Under the pieces are notes generated by a model that saw only the letters and a list, made by a program, of their open reading frames with translations, made no database searches and was not told where the DNA came from. Position numbers and translations under genes: made by a program. This document shows, piece by piece, positions 1 through 11,100 of a stretch of 64,000 nucleotides of DNA. Each line of letters opens with the position of its first letter. Within the stretch, counting starts at the first letter, position 1. The stretch covers positions 10,483 through 74,482 of the forward strand of contig JAYZAY010000089.1 in NCBI GenBank assembly GCA_036339465.1, written 5' to 3'. This DNA comes from Myxococcota bacterium. Its GTDB lineage: Bacteria; Myxococcota; XYA12-FULL-58-9; JABJBS01.

Positions 1-465
1 CCTGTCTTCTTCAAGTACTGCTTCCATTTGTGCTTTAATCTCTGGATTGTGGAGAGCGAGGATTCGAGCTGCCATGTAGGCTGCGTTTTTACCACCCGCT
101 GATCCAATGCCTAGGGTAGCCACAGGAACCCCGCCGGGCATTTGTGAAATGGCCAATAAAGCATCCATACCACCTAGGGTACCGCTGGGAATAGGCACAC
201 CTAGAACAGGTAATCGCGTGTGTGCAGCCACCACCCCGCCTAAGTGAGCGGCCATGCCTGCCGCTGCCACGATAATTTGGCAGCCCCTAGCTTCGAGGGA
301 GTCAAGGTATGCCACCAACTCATGGGGCGTTCGGTGGGCGGAAAGTACTTTGGCTTCGTGGGAGATCTTCAGCCGGTCCAGTGACTTTCTGCAACTGGCT
401 AAGACCTCCGCATCGGAAGTTGAGCCCATTAATATACTGACTAAAATTGGGTTTGAATCACTCAT
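1..465 (-). CDS. purE: N5-CAIR mutase PurE (runs off the left edge of the window)
   Basis: Manual translation from ATG 465: MSDSNPILVSILMGSTSD...SAHRTP...AGMAAHLGGVVAA...LPVLGVP...GGMDALLAISQMPGGVPVAT. ATGA overlap with the purD stop. Absent from the ORF track because its stop lies outside the window. Confidence 0.95.
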   Translation of the reverse strand, partial: MSDSNPILVSILMGSTSDAEVLASCRKSLDRLKISHEAKVLSAHRTPHELVAYLDSLEARGCQIIVAAAGMAAHLGGVVAAHTRLPVLGVPIPSGTLGGMDALLAISQMPGGVPVATLGIGSAGGKNAAYMAARILALHNPEIKAQMEAVLEEDR

Positions 466-1739
466 GATTGCACTCCTAAGTATTTGGATTCGCCGATATC
501 TTTTCGGAATTGCATGCCCTCAAATTGAATTTTTTCAAGACTTTTATAGGCATGGCTTCGAGCATTTTCTGGTGAGGTTCCCTTGGCCACAATGGCCAAG
601 ACCCTTCCACCGCTGGTTTGGAGCTCTCCACTTTCTAAGCGGGTAGCTGCATGAATAAGCCATTCGTTGCTACTCTTGGCTGCCATGGAAACAGAGATCC
701 GATCTCCTTTTCGTGGTTTCTCAGGATAACCGGCCGCGGCAACCACGATGGCGCAGGTTGAGAATGGTTGTTCGGCGAGTTTAAAGCCTCGGAGTTTTCC
801 GTTGGCGATCCGCGCACATAATTCTAGAAATTGTCCGTTTTCAATGCGTGGGAGAATCGCTTGTGTTTCGGGATCTCCAAGACGAACATTGTACTCGAGT
901 AGCTTTGGTCCCTTTTCAGTCAGCATGAACCCACCGAAGAGGAAGCCTCGGAACGGGATGCCTTTCTTCTTGAGTGTTTCTAGTGTGGGTACGATACATG
1001 TTTCATGTATTTCTTGGAGGAGCTTGTCATCGAGTAGAGGATTTGGACTGATGGCACCCATCCCCCCTGTGTTTGGCCCTTGGTCGCCATCCAAGAGACG
1101 CTTGTGGTCCCTTGCGTGGGGTAGAAGGAGGGCGTTTTCACCGTCGCAGGCATAAAACAGCGATGCTTCAACCCCAAAGAGTCGTTCTTCGAGAACGATT
1201 GTTTTGCCTGCGTCGCCGAGTTTGCCCGCGAGAAGCCCGAGGCCGATGTTGACGCCTTCCGCTTTGGTTTCAGGGAGAAACACGCCTTTCCCACCGGCCA
1301 ATCCGTCGGCCTTGATCACGGGCAATCCGTCCCAGTCTTCGATGGCACCTCTGAGGGCACTTTCTGAAGTCACCACTTTATAGATCGGGCTGGGGACGCC
1401 TGCGAGGTTGGCAATTTCTCGGGTGAAGTCTTTAGAGCCTTCGAGTAATGCAGCAGACTGGCTGGGGCCGCAGCAAGGGATTTTCGCTTCTAGGAGGGCG
1501 TCTGTCACGCCATGAACCAGAGGTTGTTCGGGACCAACGACCACGAAGTCAGGATCCAGCACTCTTGCTAAAGCGACCAAAGCGTCGATGTCTTCGAGGG
1601 AGCAATCCACATTGGTGCCACACTCAGCGGTGCCAGGGTTTCCTGGTACAATCACCAGCTCGGGGGGATTGTCACCACTGGTGAGGGCTCGACAGATAGC
1701 GTGCTCGCGTCCGCCATTGCCAATGACCATGATTTTCAT
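462..1739 (-). CDS. purD: Phosphoribosylamine-glycine ligase
   Basis: GxGGREHA, LEGSK, KADGLAGGKGV, DHKR...GPNTGGMG, EYNVRLGDPE motifs; pur operon context. Confidence 0.97.
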   Translation of the reverse strand: MKIMVIGNGGREHAICRALTSGDNPPELVIVPGNPGTAECGTNVDCSLEDIDALVALARVLDPDFVVVGPEQPLVHGVTDALLEAKIPCCGPSQSAALLEGSKDFTREIANLAGVPSPIYKVVTSESALRGAIEDWDGLPVIKADGLAGGKGVFLPETKAEGVNIGLGLLAGKLGDAGKTIVLEERLFGVEASLFYACDGENALLLPHARDHKRLLDGDQGPNTGGMGAISPNPLLDDKLLQEIHETCIVPTLETLKKKGIPFRGFLFGGFMLTEKGPKLLEYNVRLGDPETQAILPRIENGQFLELCARIANGKLRGFKLAEQPFSTCAIVVAAAGYPEKPRKGDRISVSMAAKSSNEWLIHAATRLESGELQTSGGRVLAIVAKGTSPENARSHAYKSLEKIQFEGMQFRKDIGESKYLGVQS

Positions 1740-1749
1740 TAAAAACTCC

Positions 1750-3342
1750 TTAGTGTCTGAAGTGCCTTCGGCCTGTGAGGTACATGGCTAGGCCGAGCTC
1801 ATTACATGCATCGATAACTTCCTGATCGCGTTTTGAGCCACCGGGCTGAACGATTGCTATGACCCCAGCTTTGGCGGCCAATCGCACGCAATCATCGAAG
1901 GGGAAGAAAGCGTCTGAAGCCAGTGAACTGCCTTGGAGTTTATCGCCGGCCTTGGTGATGGCATGCTCGGTTGCATCCACCCGGCTCATCTGTCCGGCAC
2001 CTACGCCTAGGAGTCTACGGTTTTTGGTGATGGCGATGGCATTGGATTTGAGGTGCTTGCAGGCGCGCATCGCGAATTCCAATTCCATGAGTTCCTCGGC
2101 ATTCAATGTCTTTTCCGTTGCGCATTTCCACTCCGAACTTGGGACCATGGATGCGTCTACCTCTTGAACCAATGCGCCTCCCCCGATTCGCTGAATGTGG
2201 AAACTCGGATGAGGGGAGTGGTCGAGGGAGACTTCGAAGAGACGAAGATTCTTACGGTTCGCCAGGAGTTCACGGGCTTCACGGGTAAAGTTTGGAGCCA
2301 CAATACATTCCACAAACAATTTTTTATCAAGAATGGTTTGAGCGGTGCTTACTTCTAGGGGTTGGTTAAATCCGATGACTGAGCCAAAGGCGGAAATAGG
2401 GTCACCCTCTAGGGCTGCCAAAAAACCATCGGCTTGATTGGATGCCTGGGCCAACCCACAGGTATTGGTATGCTTGACGATAGCGCAAGCGGTTCCGTCG
2501 AATTCCGCCACGGTTCGGTATGCGGCGTCCATATCTAGGTAATTGTTATAAGATAGCGGCTTTCCTTGGTGGAGAGTGCCGTGGGCACATCCCCATTTTT
2601 CGTTGTCAGCTTGGTAAATCGCTGCCGATTGATGGGGGTTTTCGCCGTAACGAAGGACGTCTGCTTTCTGGAATGCGCCGATCCTTGGGGGAAGTGGCGA
2701 CGGCTTGTCTTCATCTGGGCCAAGGTACCATGAAGAAATTGCTTGGTCGTATTGGGTAATAATACTAAATGCCTTTTTGGCCAGTTCTCGTCTCAATGTG
2801 TAATCGATGGTCGCTTGTTCACCCAGTGAATCCATGACGCACCCATAATCTTGAGGATCTACGATGATGCTTACGCCACCGATGGCGTTTTTTGCGGCGG
2901 CGCGTACCATCGTGGGGCCGCCGATATCGATATTCTCGATGATTTGTTGTTCGTTGGTGTAAGTGGCTGCGGCTTGCTCAAATGGATAGAGATTACAAAC
3001 GACGAGATCGATTGGCACATAACTACGTTTCTCTAGGTCTTGAAGATGGGACTCTTCACGTCGGTCTGCGAGGATACCCGCATGAATTTTTGGATGGAGG
3101 GTCTTTACTCTACCGCCCAAAACTTCGTCTGCCTGGGTGAAGGCGCTGACTTCGGTGACGGGGATACCTAGATTGGCAATATGCTTCGCGGTGCCCCCTG
3201 AAGACAAAAGGACGACGCCCTTTTCATGAAGCCCCTTGGCTAAGGTTTCCAGGTTGCTTTTATCAAAAACAGAAATCAGAGCATGTGTAACTTTACCTCT
3301 GGCTGGGGGGGCGTTGAGTAATGCGTCCGAAGTGGGGATCAT
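1750..3342 (-). CDS. purH: Bifunctional AICAR transformylase/IMP cyclohydrolase
   Basis: ALISVFDK, GRVKTLHP, IDIGGPTMVRAAAKN, LRYGENPHQ, SDAFFPF, C-terminal RHFRH. Confidence 0.97.
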   Translation of the reverse strand: MIPTSDALLNAPPARGKVTHALISVFDKSNLETLAKGLHEKGVVLLSSGGTAKHIANLGIPVTEVSAFTQADEVLGGRVKTLHPKIHAGILADRREESHLQDLEKRSYVPIDLVVCNLYPFEQAAATYTNEQQIIENIDIGGPTMVRAAAKNAIGGVSIIVDPQDYGCVMDSLGEQATIDYTLRRELAKKAFSIITQYDQAISSWYLGPDEDKPSPLPPRIGAFQKADVLRYGENPHQSAAIYQADNEKWGCAHGTLHQGKPLSYNNYLDMDAAYRTVAEFDGTACAIVKHTNTCGLAQASNQADGFLAALEGDPISAFGSVIGFNQPLEVSTAQTILDKKLFVECIVAPNFTREARELLANRKNLRLFEVSLDHSPHPSFHIQRIGGGALVQEVDASMVPSSEWKCATEKTLNAEELMELEFAMRACKHLKSNAIAITKNRRLLGVGAGQMSRVDATEHAITKAGDKLQGSSLASDAFFPFDDCVRLAAKAGVIAIVQPGGSKRDQEVIDACNELGLAMYLTGRRHFRH

Positions 3343-3959
3343 GGTTGTCTCCTAGGAAAGTTGTCCTGTGGCTGTCGCTGGATGAAGAGCCAAACGGCCC
3401 TCGGATAGATAGCGTGTTCGACTTCGAGCTGAATGCGTGTTTGTAAGGTTTCGGGGGTTTCGTCACCGCGCACATCAAGGGAGCCTTGAAGGATAATGGG
3501 ACCATCGTCAATTTCAGGGGTGACGAGATGGACAGTGGCACCCGCGACGCGGACTTTATCGGCGACTTGGCGTTCTACGGCGTGCATTCCCTTATAATCA
3601 GGGAGCAAGGAAGGATGAATGTTTAAGATGCCACCTTCAAAGTTTTCAAAAAAGTAAGCCGTTAGCACACGCATATAGCCCGCGAGAAGAACATGGTCGA
3701 CTTTGAATTCGCGTAGGGTATTGAGAATTTGTTTTTCGTGTGCTTCTCGGGTCATTCCTTGGTGTTGGATCAGCCGGGTTGGGGTGGTAAATTTTTCACC
3801 GATCGCCAAGGCACCCGCACTTGCTCGATTGGATAGGACAAGAGCGCATTGGCCAGGAATAGAGCCGGCCTCAAACGCTTTAAGCAGCACTTCCGCATTG
3901 GAACCCTTGCCAGAAGCAAAGATGGCAAAGCGTGGGTTATGGGCGGTTACGTTTTCCAT
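3339..3959 (-). CDS. purN: Phosphoribosylglycinamide formyltransferase
   Basis: ASGKGSN, LAGYMRVL, LNIHPSLLP, GATVHLV...DDGPII, EH motifs. Confidence 0.96.
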   Translation of the reverse strand: MENVTAHNPRFAIFASGKGSNAEVLLKAFEAGSIPGQCALVLSNRASAGALAIGEKFTTPTRLIQHQGMTREAHEKQILNTLREFKVDHVLLAGYMRVLTAYFFENFEGGILNIHPSLLPDYKGMHAVERQVADKVRVAGATVHLVTPEIDDGPIILQGSLDVRGDETPETLQTRIQLEVEHAIYPRAVWLFIQRQPQDNFPRRQP

Positions 3960-4986
3960 AACCTACGTCAACTCCATTTGTTTTTGAGGTAACCTGTCCT
4001 ATTTCCGTCCAATTGGTAAATTCATTTCTGACGGTGGCTGCGGTTTCCAAAGACACGATAGCGACAAAACCGATTCCCATGTTGAAGGTCGATGCCATTT
4101 CTTCAGCACGAATATTTCCAGCTACCTGAATTGCGTTGAAAATCCTTGGAGGAGGGAGCTTGTTGGGCTTTAGTGTTGCCCCAAGGTGGGGTGGGATGAG
4201 CTTGTCGACTCGTCCTAGGAGTCCACCACCTGTAATGTGGGCGGCACCCCGAATTTCTACTTTTTCCAAGAGGCTCAAGACGGGCTTTACGTAGAGCTCT
4301 GTGGGGGTCAGTAACTCAAGTCCCAGGCTTTTGTCCCATCCTTCAGGGACGGTATCATGCCGAAAGCCCCCATGGTCAAAGAGCGCTTTGCGGGCCAAAG
4401 ATAGGCCGTTTGAATGGACCCCAGAGGAAGGCAATCCAAAAATGATGTCGCCTTCAACCATGTCGGTTGACACCGGAACTCGATTTTCGTCCACGGTGCC
4501 TACGGCAAAACCGGCTAGGTCAAAGTCACCGGGTTTGTAGAGTCCGGGCATTTCTGCGGTTTCGCCTCCCACCAGTGCGCATTCTGCTTTTGCGCATGCT
4601 TCGGCGATACCGGTCACAATCTCCGAAAGTTGTGCTTGCTCAAGTTTTCCGGTGGCGATGTAGTCGAGAAAGAAGAGTGGTTTGGCCCCGGCGGGTAAAA
4701 GGTCGTTGACGTTCATGGCCACGAGATCTTGACCCAGCCCTTTAAATACCCCGACTTGTTGGGCGACGAGTAGTTTTGTTCCGACGCCGTCACAGGTGGC
4801 TGCGATCAGCGGGTTATCTCCAACCTTAGGCATTCGAACCATGCCAGCGTAGGCGGTTTTCTTGACTACATCGGCGAATTTATGGGTGGCCTGCACCGCT
4901 TCTTGGATGTCGTCCACGAATTGGTCTGCGCCGTGTACGTCTACCCCTGAATCTTGGTAGGTGAGAGAATCGTGGGTATCGGCCAT
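3937..4986 (-). CDS. purM: Phosphoribosylformylglycinamidine cyclo-ligase (AIR synthetase)
   Basis: YQDSGVD, DGVGTK, DLVAMNVND, GGETAEMPG, SSGVHSNG, HITGGG, TFNMGIG. Confidence 0.97.
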   Translation of the reverse strand: MADTHDSLTYQDSGVDVHGADQFVDDIQEAVQATHKFADVVKKTAYAGMVRMPKVGDNPLIAATCDGVGTKLLVAQQVGVFKGLGQDLVAMNVNDLLPAGAKPLFFLDYIATGKLEQAQLSEIVTGIAEACAKAECALVGGETAEMPGLYKPGDFDLAGFAVGTVDENRVPVSTDMVEGDIIFGLPSSGVHSNGLSLARKALFDHGGFRHDTVPEGWDKSLGLELLTPTELYVKPVLSLLEKVEIRGAAHITGGGLLGRVDKLIPPHLGATLKPNKLPPPRIFNAIQVAGNIRAEEMASTFNMGIGFVAIVSLETAATVRNEFTNWTEIGQVTSKTNGVDVGYGKRNRP

Positions 4987-5423
4987 CTTAATTTCTCCCT
5001 GGGATGTGGGGGGATTCCAGCCATCTTTCGAAGCTGTTGGGCGCGGTTAATTGCGACGGTAATGGCACTGAAGAGTTGGGTTGTTCCATGGGGCAAGCCT
5101 AGAATTGAAGGATGGGATTGAAAGGTCTGGGTGGAATGGGTGAGCGATTGATGGCCAATGTTGGGGCAGAGTTGCCGGTGGATGTGCTTGGGCGGATTTT
5201 GGGTTGCAGGACTCTCTGCTTCGGGAGCACCGAAGAGTCTTGCGTGGATGGGCGTAGCCCTTTGTGTGGTTGGCCATTTACATGATGGTCTTTTGCCAAC
5301 AAACCTATGGACATTATGAAAATCCTTAGGGACGAATTTGGTTGCTCCATGCCGAAAGATTGTCCGGGCTGTCAAGGGGCAGTGTAGTGGATTTTAGGGC
5401 AAGTCCCTATAGCTCTTTTGGAA

Positions 5424-6296
5424 TTATACGAGAATTTGGTCGTTGATCTCACGCGTTAAGCCGCTGATGACCGCGTCGTCGATTCCCAGAAGGGATTTTC
5501 CAATCATGATCATGGATTGAACACCGTCGTGGTCGGTAAGTCCCTCATATAACCCCTCGCGCTTTGCGAGTGCATTGGCAAATAGCACCGAATTTAGGGG
5601 CGATATTCGGTCGGATGCGTCATAGTCTTCAAATTCATCAATGATTCGAATGATGATAGTGGGAAGATTCCAGCCGGCGATGATGGCTTTCCCGATGTCT
5701 CTTTGGAGCTCTTCCACAATGTGTAGCCAACTGTCCAAGTCAATCCAGTCCATAGCCTCACGGGTGGGAAGTCCCCTTTCGAATTCGAGTAGGTAGGCGG
5801 CGACGACGATTTTACCGATATCATGGAGGAGTCCGGCGACAAACGCCGGTTCAACGTCGCGGCAGCCTGAAATACCGGCCACGTTACGAGCGAGGAGGCC
5901 TACCGCGAGAGAATGTTCGTATATTGCTGTAATTGTAGCGTTAATCCTTGGGTCATGGGAAACAAAGATCTGTCGTGAAATCGCTGTTAAGAGGATATTT
6001 TTTAGGCTTCGGAACCCAATCTGGCTGACTGCTTTACTCATGCTCTCTTGTTTGCCCGAGCGCCTGTTCATTGAGCTGTTGGAGACTTTCATGACGTGCG
6101 CGATTAGGGTGGGGTCCTTATCGATCAACTTAATGATTTTACTTTGGTCGGTTTTAGGGTCGTCGAGGAGTTGTTGGAGGTCCGATGCAACTTTTGGGAG
6201 GGTTGGCAGTACGAGGGTGCCTTGCTCAATCCGATGGAGTAAAATTTTCTTCAGAGTGGCCATCATTTTTGTGTAGTCATGGATTGCCATAATCAA
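5424..6296 (-). CDS. HDOD domain protein
   Basis: LPTLP, IDKDPTL...KVSNS, AVSQIG, EHSLAV, AGLLHDIGK, WNLP: the HDOD pattern. Confidence 0.9.
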   Translation of the reverse strand: MIMAIHDYTKMMATLKKILLHRIEQGTLVLPTLPKVASDLQQLLDDPKTDQSKIIKLIDKDPTLIAHVMKVSNSSMNRRSGKQESMSKAVSQIGFRSLKNILLTAISRQIFVSHDPRINATITAIYEHSLAVGLLARNVAGISGCRDVEPAFVAGLLHDIGKIVVAAYLLEFERGLPTREAMDWIDLDSWLHIVEELQRDIGKAIIAGWNLPTIIIRIIDEFEDYDASDRISPLNSVLFANALAKREGLYEGLTDHDGVQSMIMIGKSLLGIDDAVISGLTREINDQILV

Positions 6297-6442
6297 CCGA
6301 CGGTGTTTATAGGTGCGGCTTTTGTCGGACTACTTACCAATAAGAAAATCCCTAGTAACATCGACCGACGCTAGTTTGTCTTAAACTTGTTTCTTAAGAT
6401 ATCTTAATCAATCTGAACGATTTCGGCTACAAACTTGTTTAG

Positions 6443-7561
6443 TCAGCTGCCTTCAATTGCTTCTTTTACGGTTCCATAGATTGGAATATCTGCAGTTTCC
6501 GCAATGCTGGAGAGGGTTTTGCCCACCGCGTCGTCCCCTACAATTTTCAGGGCTAAGCCGACTTCCGAACATCGTTTCTGGGCCCCCATAAGAATTTTGG
6601 GTAGGGTTTCTGCGGGTGGAGAGCTGCTGAGATCCATGATGACGTCTTCATAACAAGCGGAGGCACATTTCTCGATGGCTTCTGTTGAAAGCGACATGAT
6701 CCGCCCCACGTAGTGGGCGCGACGATCTTTCGATTCGGGAAACGCCGCCAACGACATGACATTGTCTTCAAGGGAGAGAAGATCTTGAGCGTCGTAGTAT
6801 TGGGAAAGAAAATCGTTTACCTGTGCAGGATCAAAGGGTTTGGTGAGGAAGCCGTCAAAGCCACTGTCTCGGGCGTCCTTTCCGGGGTTTTCATAGTTCC
6901 TCATATACAGAGCAATAAATGCTGCGGTAGGTTGAAGGACTCGAAGCTGTGAGGTTAGGGCGGAGCTGTTGACATCGGGAATCACCATATCAACAACAAT
7001 GGTTCGGAAGATGCGTTCTCGACAAGCGGCTAGGGCGGATTGTCCATCCATGACGTTATTCACTTTGATGTGCTTGGGCATCATCGAGCGAAATTTTTTG
7101 GCCACGTTGTCCATATCGTCAATCATTAAGACGTCGACGAAGGGTTTACCTGCGGCGGGAGTGGGTCCAGAAAAAGTTTGAGCTGCGGGTCCAGGCTCAG
7201 CAACTTGAGGTCCAAGTACCTTGGTTATTTTCGCCATGAGCTCTTCGGGTTTAAACGGCTTAAGGATGTAATCATTGATCCCCAGCTGCATCATTGCACC
7301 GATGAGCGATGTTTTTGATTCCGCGGTGAGGAGAATGACTGGGGTCTTGTCCCCCCGTTCTCGCAGTTGCTTGAGCATTTCCGGCCCATCCATGACGGGC
7401 ATGGTAACGTCAAGCAAAACGATGTCTACGGTTTCCTCTGAAAGAACGCCGAGTCCCTTTTCGCCATCTTCTGCTTCAAGGATCTCGAAACTTGAGCGCA
7501 GAGTTTTGGCGATGATTGTTCGTACGGCACGGCTATCGTCGACGGTGAGAATCCGGCTCAT
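6443..7561 (-). CDS. Response regulator with two receiver domains and a C-terminal STAS-like segment
   Basis: Likely start MSRILTVDDS (ATG 7561, TAATG overlap with the upstream stop). REC1: LLDVTMPVMDG/LLTAE/KPF. REC2: IDD/VDMVIPD/KPF. C-terminal VIMDLS...LKIVG. Confidence 0.85.
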   Translation of the reverse strand: MSRILTVDDSRAVRTIIAKTLRSSFEILEAEDGEKGLGVLSEETVDIVLLDVTMPVMDGPEMLKQLRERGDKTPVILLTAESKTSLIGAMMQLGINDYILKPFKPEELMAKITKVLGPQVAEPGPAAQTFSGPTPAAGKPFVDVLMIDDMDNVAKKFRSMMPKHIKVNNVMDGQSALAACRERIFRTIVVDMVIPDVNSSALTSQLRVLQPTAAFIALYMRNYENPGKDARDSGFDGFLTKPFDPAQVNDFLSQYYDAQDLLSLEDNVMSLAAFPESKDRRAHYVGRIMSLSTEAIEKCASACYEDVIMDLSSSPPAETLPKILMGAQKRCSEVGLALKIVGDDAVGKTLSSIAETADIPIYGTVKEAIEGS

Positions 7562-8015
7562 TATTTCACGTACTCCTCTGCTACTGACGTTTGTGTTGTA
7601 AGTGATACAAGTATTTTCGCCTGACCTGCCCTTAATGGAAAGTGCTCCCAAGCATTGGAAGCACTTCCTGGGCGTTTTACGACGTTTGGCGATCCTATAT
7701 TCATAGGGAGTCGTGGGGAATTTGTAAGCTGAGGAATGCTCTTAATTTGACCGGTGGTCAGATTGGTAAGTTTTGTCATGGTGTGGTTGACCATTTCTGG
7801 GTCGACATCGGTGGTCTCCGCGGCAAACATTGCGGCTGTGAGTGGGGCAAAGGTCTGGGGATCCAGGTAAGGGGTATGGTTGCGCCATGCCTTCTAGGGG
7901 GCGGGGGTACGGCGGTATTGTGACTGTGCTGCAGTGCCGGGTTGCTGGAGCTGTCGTTGGCCATAGAGCAGTCGATATTGTCAATCAAAGTGTGTAGCAC
8001 AGCAATTTTCTCCAT
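7561..8015 (-). pseudogene. Frameshifted CheX-like chemotaxis phosphatase remnant
   Basis: The 3' frame AAMFAAETTDVDPEMVNHTMTKLTNLTTGQIKS...LP matches the CheX pattern (MF..E..EMV.D...ELxNxxxGxIKS). The 5' part (MEKIAVLHTLIDNI...) is in another frame, with the junction near 7860. ExxN has become KxxN. Confidence 0.6.
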
Positions 8016-8157
8016 CCTTCACAGAATACGGAGTCTACTAGGGTTTTGGTTCGAGTCAGATGCATGATTTTTTCGTGCGTTTGAGCATTATTGACTTTCT
8101 TGAACCCACTTTTATAGTCGCAGTACTTGGTTTTTGAATCAATAGTTGATGTAGAGA

Positions 8158-11100
8158 TTACTTTCTGCGTTCTTGTAGGTGAATGGGGGTAAGGGACTTA
8201 CATCTTATATGGGTAACTCCCTCTGCTTGTTGGATATTCCCTAAAACTTTGAGCGCGGCACATTGAGTTGCAAGTACCCGATTTTTTTTAAAAAAATTGG
8301 GTTCTAAAACGAGATTAATAAAGCCGAATTCATCTTCAAGGGTGATAAAGAAAAAGCCTTTCGCATTGGAGGGGCGTTGTCTAACGGTGACGATTCCTGC
8401 GGTTTCAATCAGGCTATGATTCGGGCATTGGGCGAGTTTTAGACTGGTTACCATGCTAGATGAGAGATGTGGACGAAACAGAGCCATGGGATGAGATTTT
8501 ATCGATAAACCAACATGTTGATAATCAGCCAAAATGTTTTCCAGTGTATCCATTTCTTTGAGAGGAGAATTGCTCAACGGTTTCGATAGGTTAGAGAATA
8601 AATCATGGTTTGAAGGATGAAAACGATTGATTTGCCAGAGTGAATTTCTTCGAGAGTGTCCAAAGCATTCTAATGCACCAGACTCAGCTAAGCTTAGGCG
8701 CTCAGTTTTATTCACTGTGGTTCGAATACAGAGGTCGTTTAAATTTTTGAATGGTGCTTCGCTGCGTGCCGACAAGATCGACTGCCCTGTGGAGCGGCGC
8801 AATTGATTCAGAAATCGAAGTCCAAGGCGAACGGTGTTTTTTTGGGGCATGGTACATTCCCAAGATGATTTTGAAATATCGATGGGGAAAACTTTTACGT
8901 TATGCCTTTGGGCGTCTTTTACCAAAGTGGCTGGTGAATAGAAGCCTAAGGGCCAGGCATTGAGCAATGCACAAAGAAAAACTCCGGGATAATAGACCTT
9001 TAGGTAAGCTGAAGCATAAGCAATTAAAGCAAATGAAGCACTGTGACTTTCTGGGAATCCATAGAGGGCAAAAGACTGTATATATTGTATGAGTTCATTT
9101 TGGGTCTCGACAGGTATATTATTTCGCGTCATACCGCTTTTAAGCTTGCTTATAATGTCGCTCATGCGTGTTTCAGAGCGCTTGAAGCCCATGGCCCTTC
9201 GAAGCTCCTCTGCTTCGCCACCACTAAAGTCAGCAATGGCCATGGCTATTTTTAGTAGCTGTTCTTGAAAAATAGGGATCCCTAAGGTCCGTTTTAAGAT
9301 AGGTTCTAGTTTGGGGTGGGGATACCGAATGGCTTCTGCTGCACTACGACGCTTAAGGTATGGATGCACCATTTTTCCGACGATGGGGCCGGGCCTTATG
9401 AGTGCGATTTCGACGACGAGATCGTAGAAGTTTTTGGGTTTAAGTCTGGGGAGCATGCTCATTTGGGCACGGCTTTCCAATTGGAAGACGCCCACGGTGT
9501 CGGCTTTTTGAAGTTGGCGATAAACCCGGGGGTCATTTTTTGGGATGTGTGCATAGTCGAGTTTAATATTTTCGGTTTGTTCTAGTAGTGGAATTGCCTT
9601 TTCAAGGGCATTGAGCATTCCCAAACCCAAAAGGTCTACTTTAATGAAGCCCAGGTCAGCACAGTCTTCCTTATCCCATTGAACGACGAATCTGTTTTTC
9701 ATTGTAGCAGGTTCTATGGGGCATAGGGTGTCTAGCCTACCTGACGCAAGTACCATTCCCCCCGAATGTTGCCCCAGATGCCGTGGAGTGTTTTGAAGTG
9801 ACTCTGCTAGATTGCACCATAGCTTGAGACGTTTATCTTGGAGGTTCAGTCCAGAGTTTGAAAATGATTCTAAGAGTTCAGAAATAGAGGTTAGTGAGCT
9901 CCACTGCCCACATATTTTCGTGGCTTTGTCTATCTGTTGAGTGTTGATGCCCAAACACTTACCAACTTCTCGAATGGCACTTTTATTACGATAAGTTATA
10001 ACATTTGCGGTCATAGCAATTCCATGGGGACCGTACTTTTTATACATATATTGAATAACCGCTTCTCTCTTCGCGCCAGAGGGGAGGTCCAAGTCAATAT
10101 CTGGCCATTCTCCTCGTTCCTCGGAAAGAAATCGTTCGAATAATAAATCCATTCCAATGGGATCGATGGCAGTGATTTCTAAACAGTAGCAGACAGCTGA
10201 ATTGGCAGCAGAACCCCTTCCTTGTACCAATATATTATGGGATTTTGCATACCGTATGATGTCCCAAACAATTAAGAAATATCCAGATAATTTGAGCTTT
10301 TGGATGATGCCCAATTCTTTATCAAGTTGGTACTTTATCTTTTTTGTTTGTTTTTTGTATCTTATGGCGGCTCCTTCATAGACGAGGGTTCTGAGGTATT
10401 GGTTAGATTCTAAGTCTTTCGGTGTATTGAATTTAGGGAATTCATAGGGAAGTGTCTCAAATTCGAACTCAATCCTTTCGGAGATCCTGTAGGAAGTGTG
10501 AAGTAAATTGGGGAGTCTTTCGAATACTTTTGATATCTCCAGGGGAGATTTTAGATACCTTTCCCGGTTTGGGTAGAGAAGGGTGCCGGCTTGGTCGAGG
10601 GTGGTATGGTGTTTAATACAGGTAACGATATCTAAAAGTGGTTTATCGTTTTTTAGTAGGTGTCGGACATTATTGGTGGCCACAGTTTGCAGGGAAAGCT
10701 CTTGGGCATATCTCAGTCCTTGTTTGACCTTTTCGATTTCGTTTCTTTCTAAATGGTAGTTGATTTCTAGGTAGAGATTTTCGCGTGAAAATATGTCGAT
10801 GAGTGTTTGGAAATTGAGTGAAGAACAATGGAGGCCAGGGCCCATGAGTGCGATGAGACCAGGGGAGAATTCTCGTAATTCTTGAGAGAGGACAAGACAT
10901 TTGGCTTTGCCACCTCGAAATCGTCCCAGGGTAATGAGCCGAGATAAATTTGCATACCCAGTTTTTGAGGTTGCTATGAGTCTTATCCACCCCAGATCTT
11001 GAAGGTGGATAATACTTCCAATGATTAGTTTGAGCCCTTGTTTTTGCGCTTCTCTGGCAGCTCGGGGAATAGCATACAATCCCCCGTAATCGGTGATGGC

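Noticed and set aside
6394..6407. Perfect palindrome TTAAGATATCTTAA upstream of the HDOD gene
   Set aside because: It is AT-only-rich, single-copy and has no candidate regulator; it could be chance.
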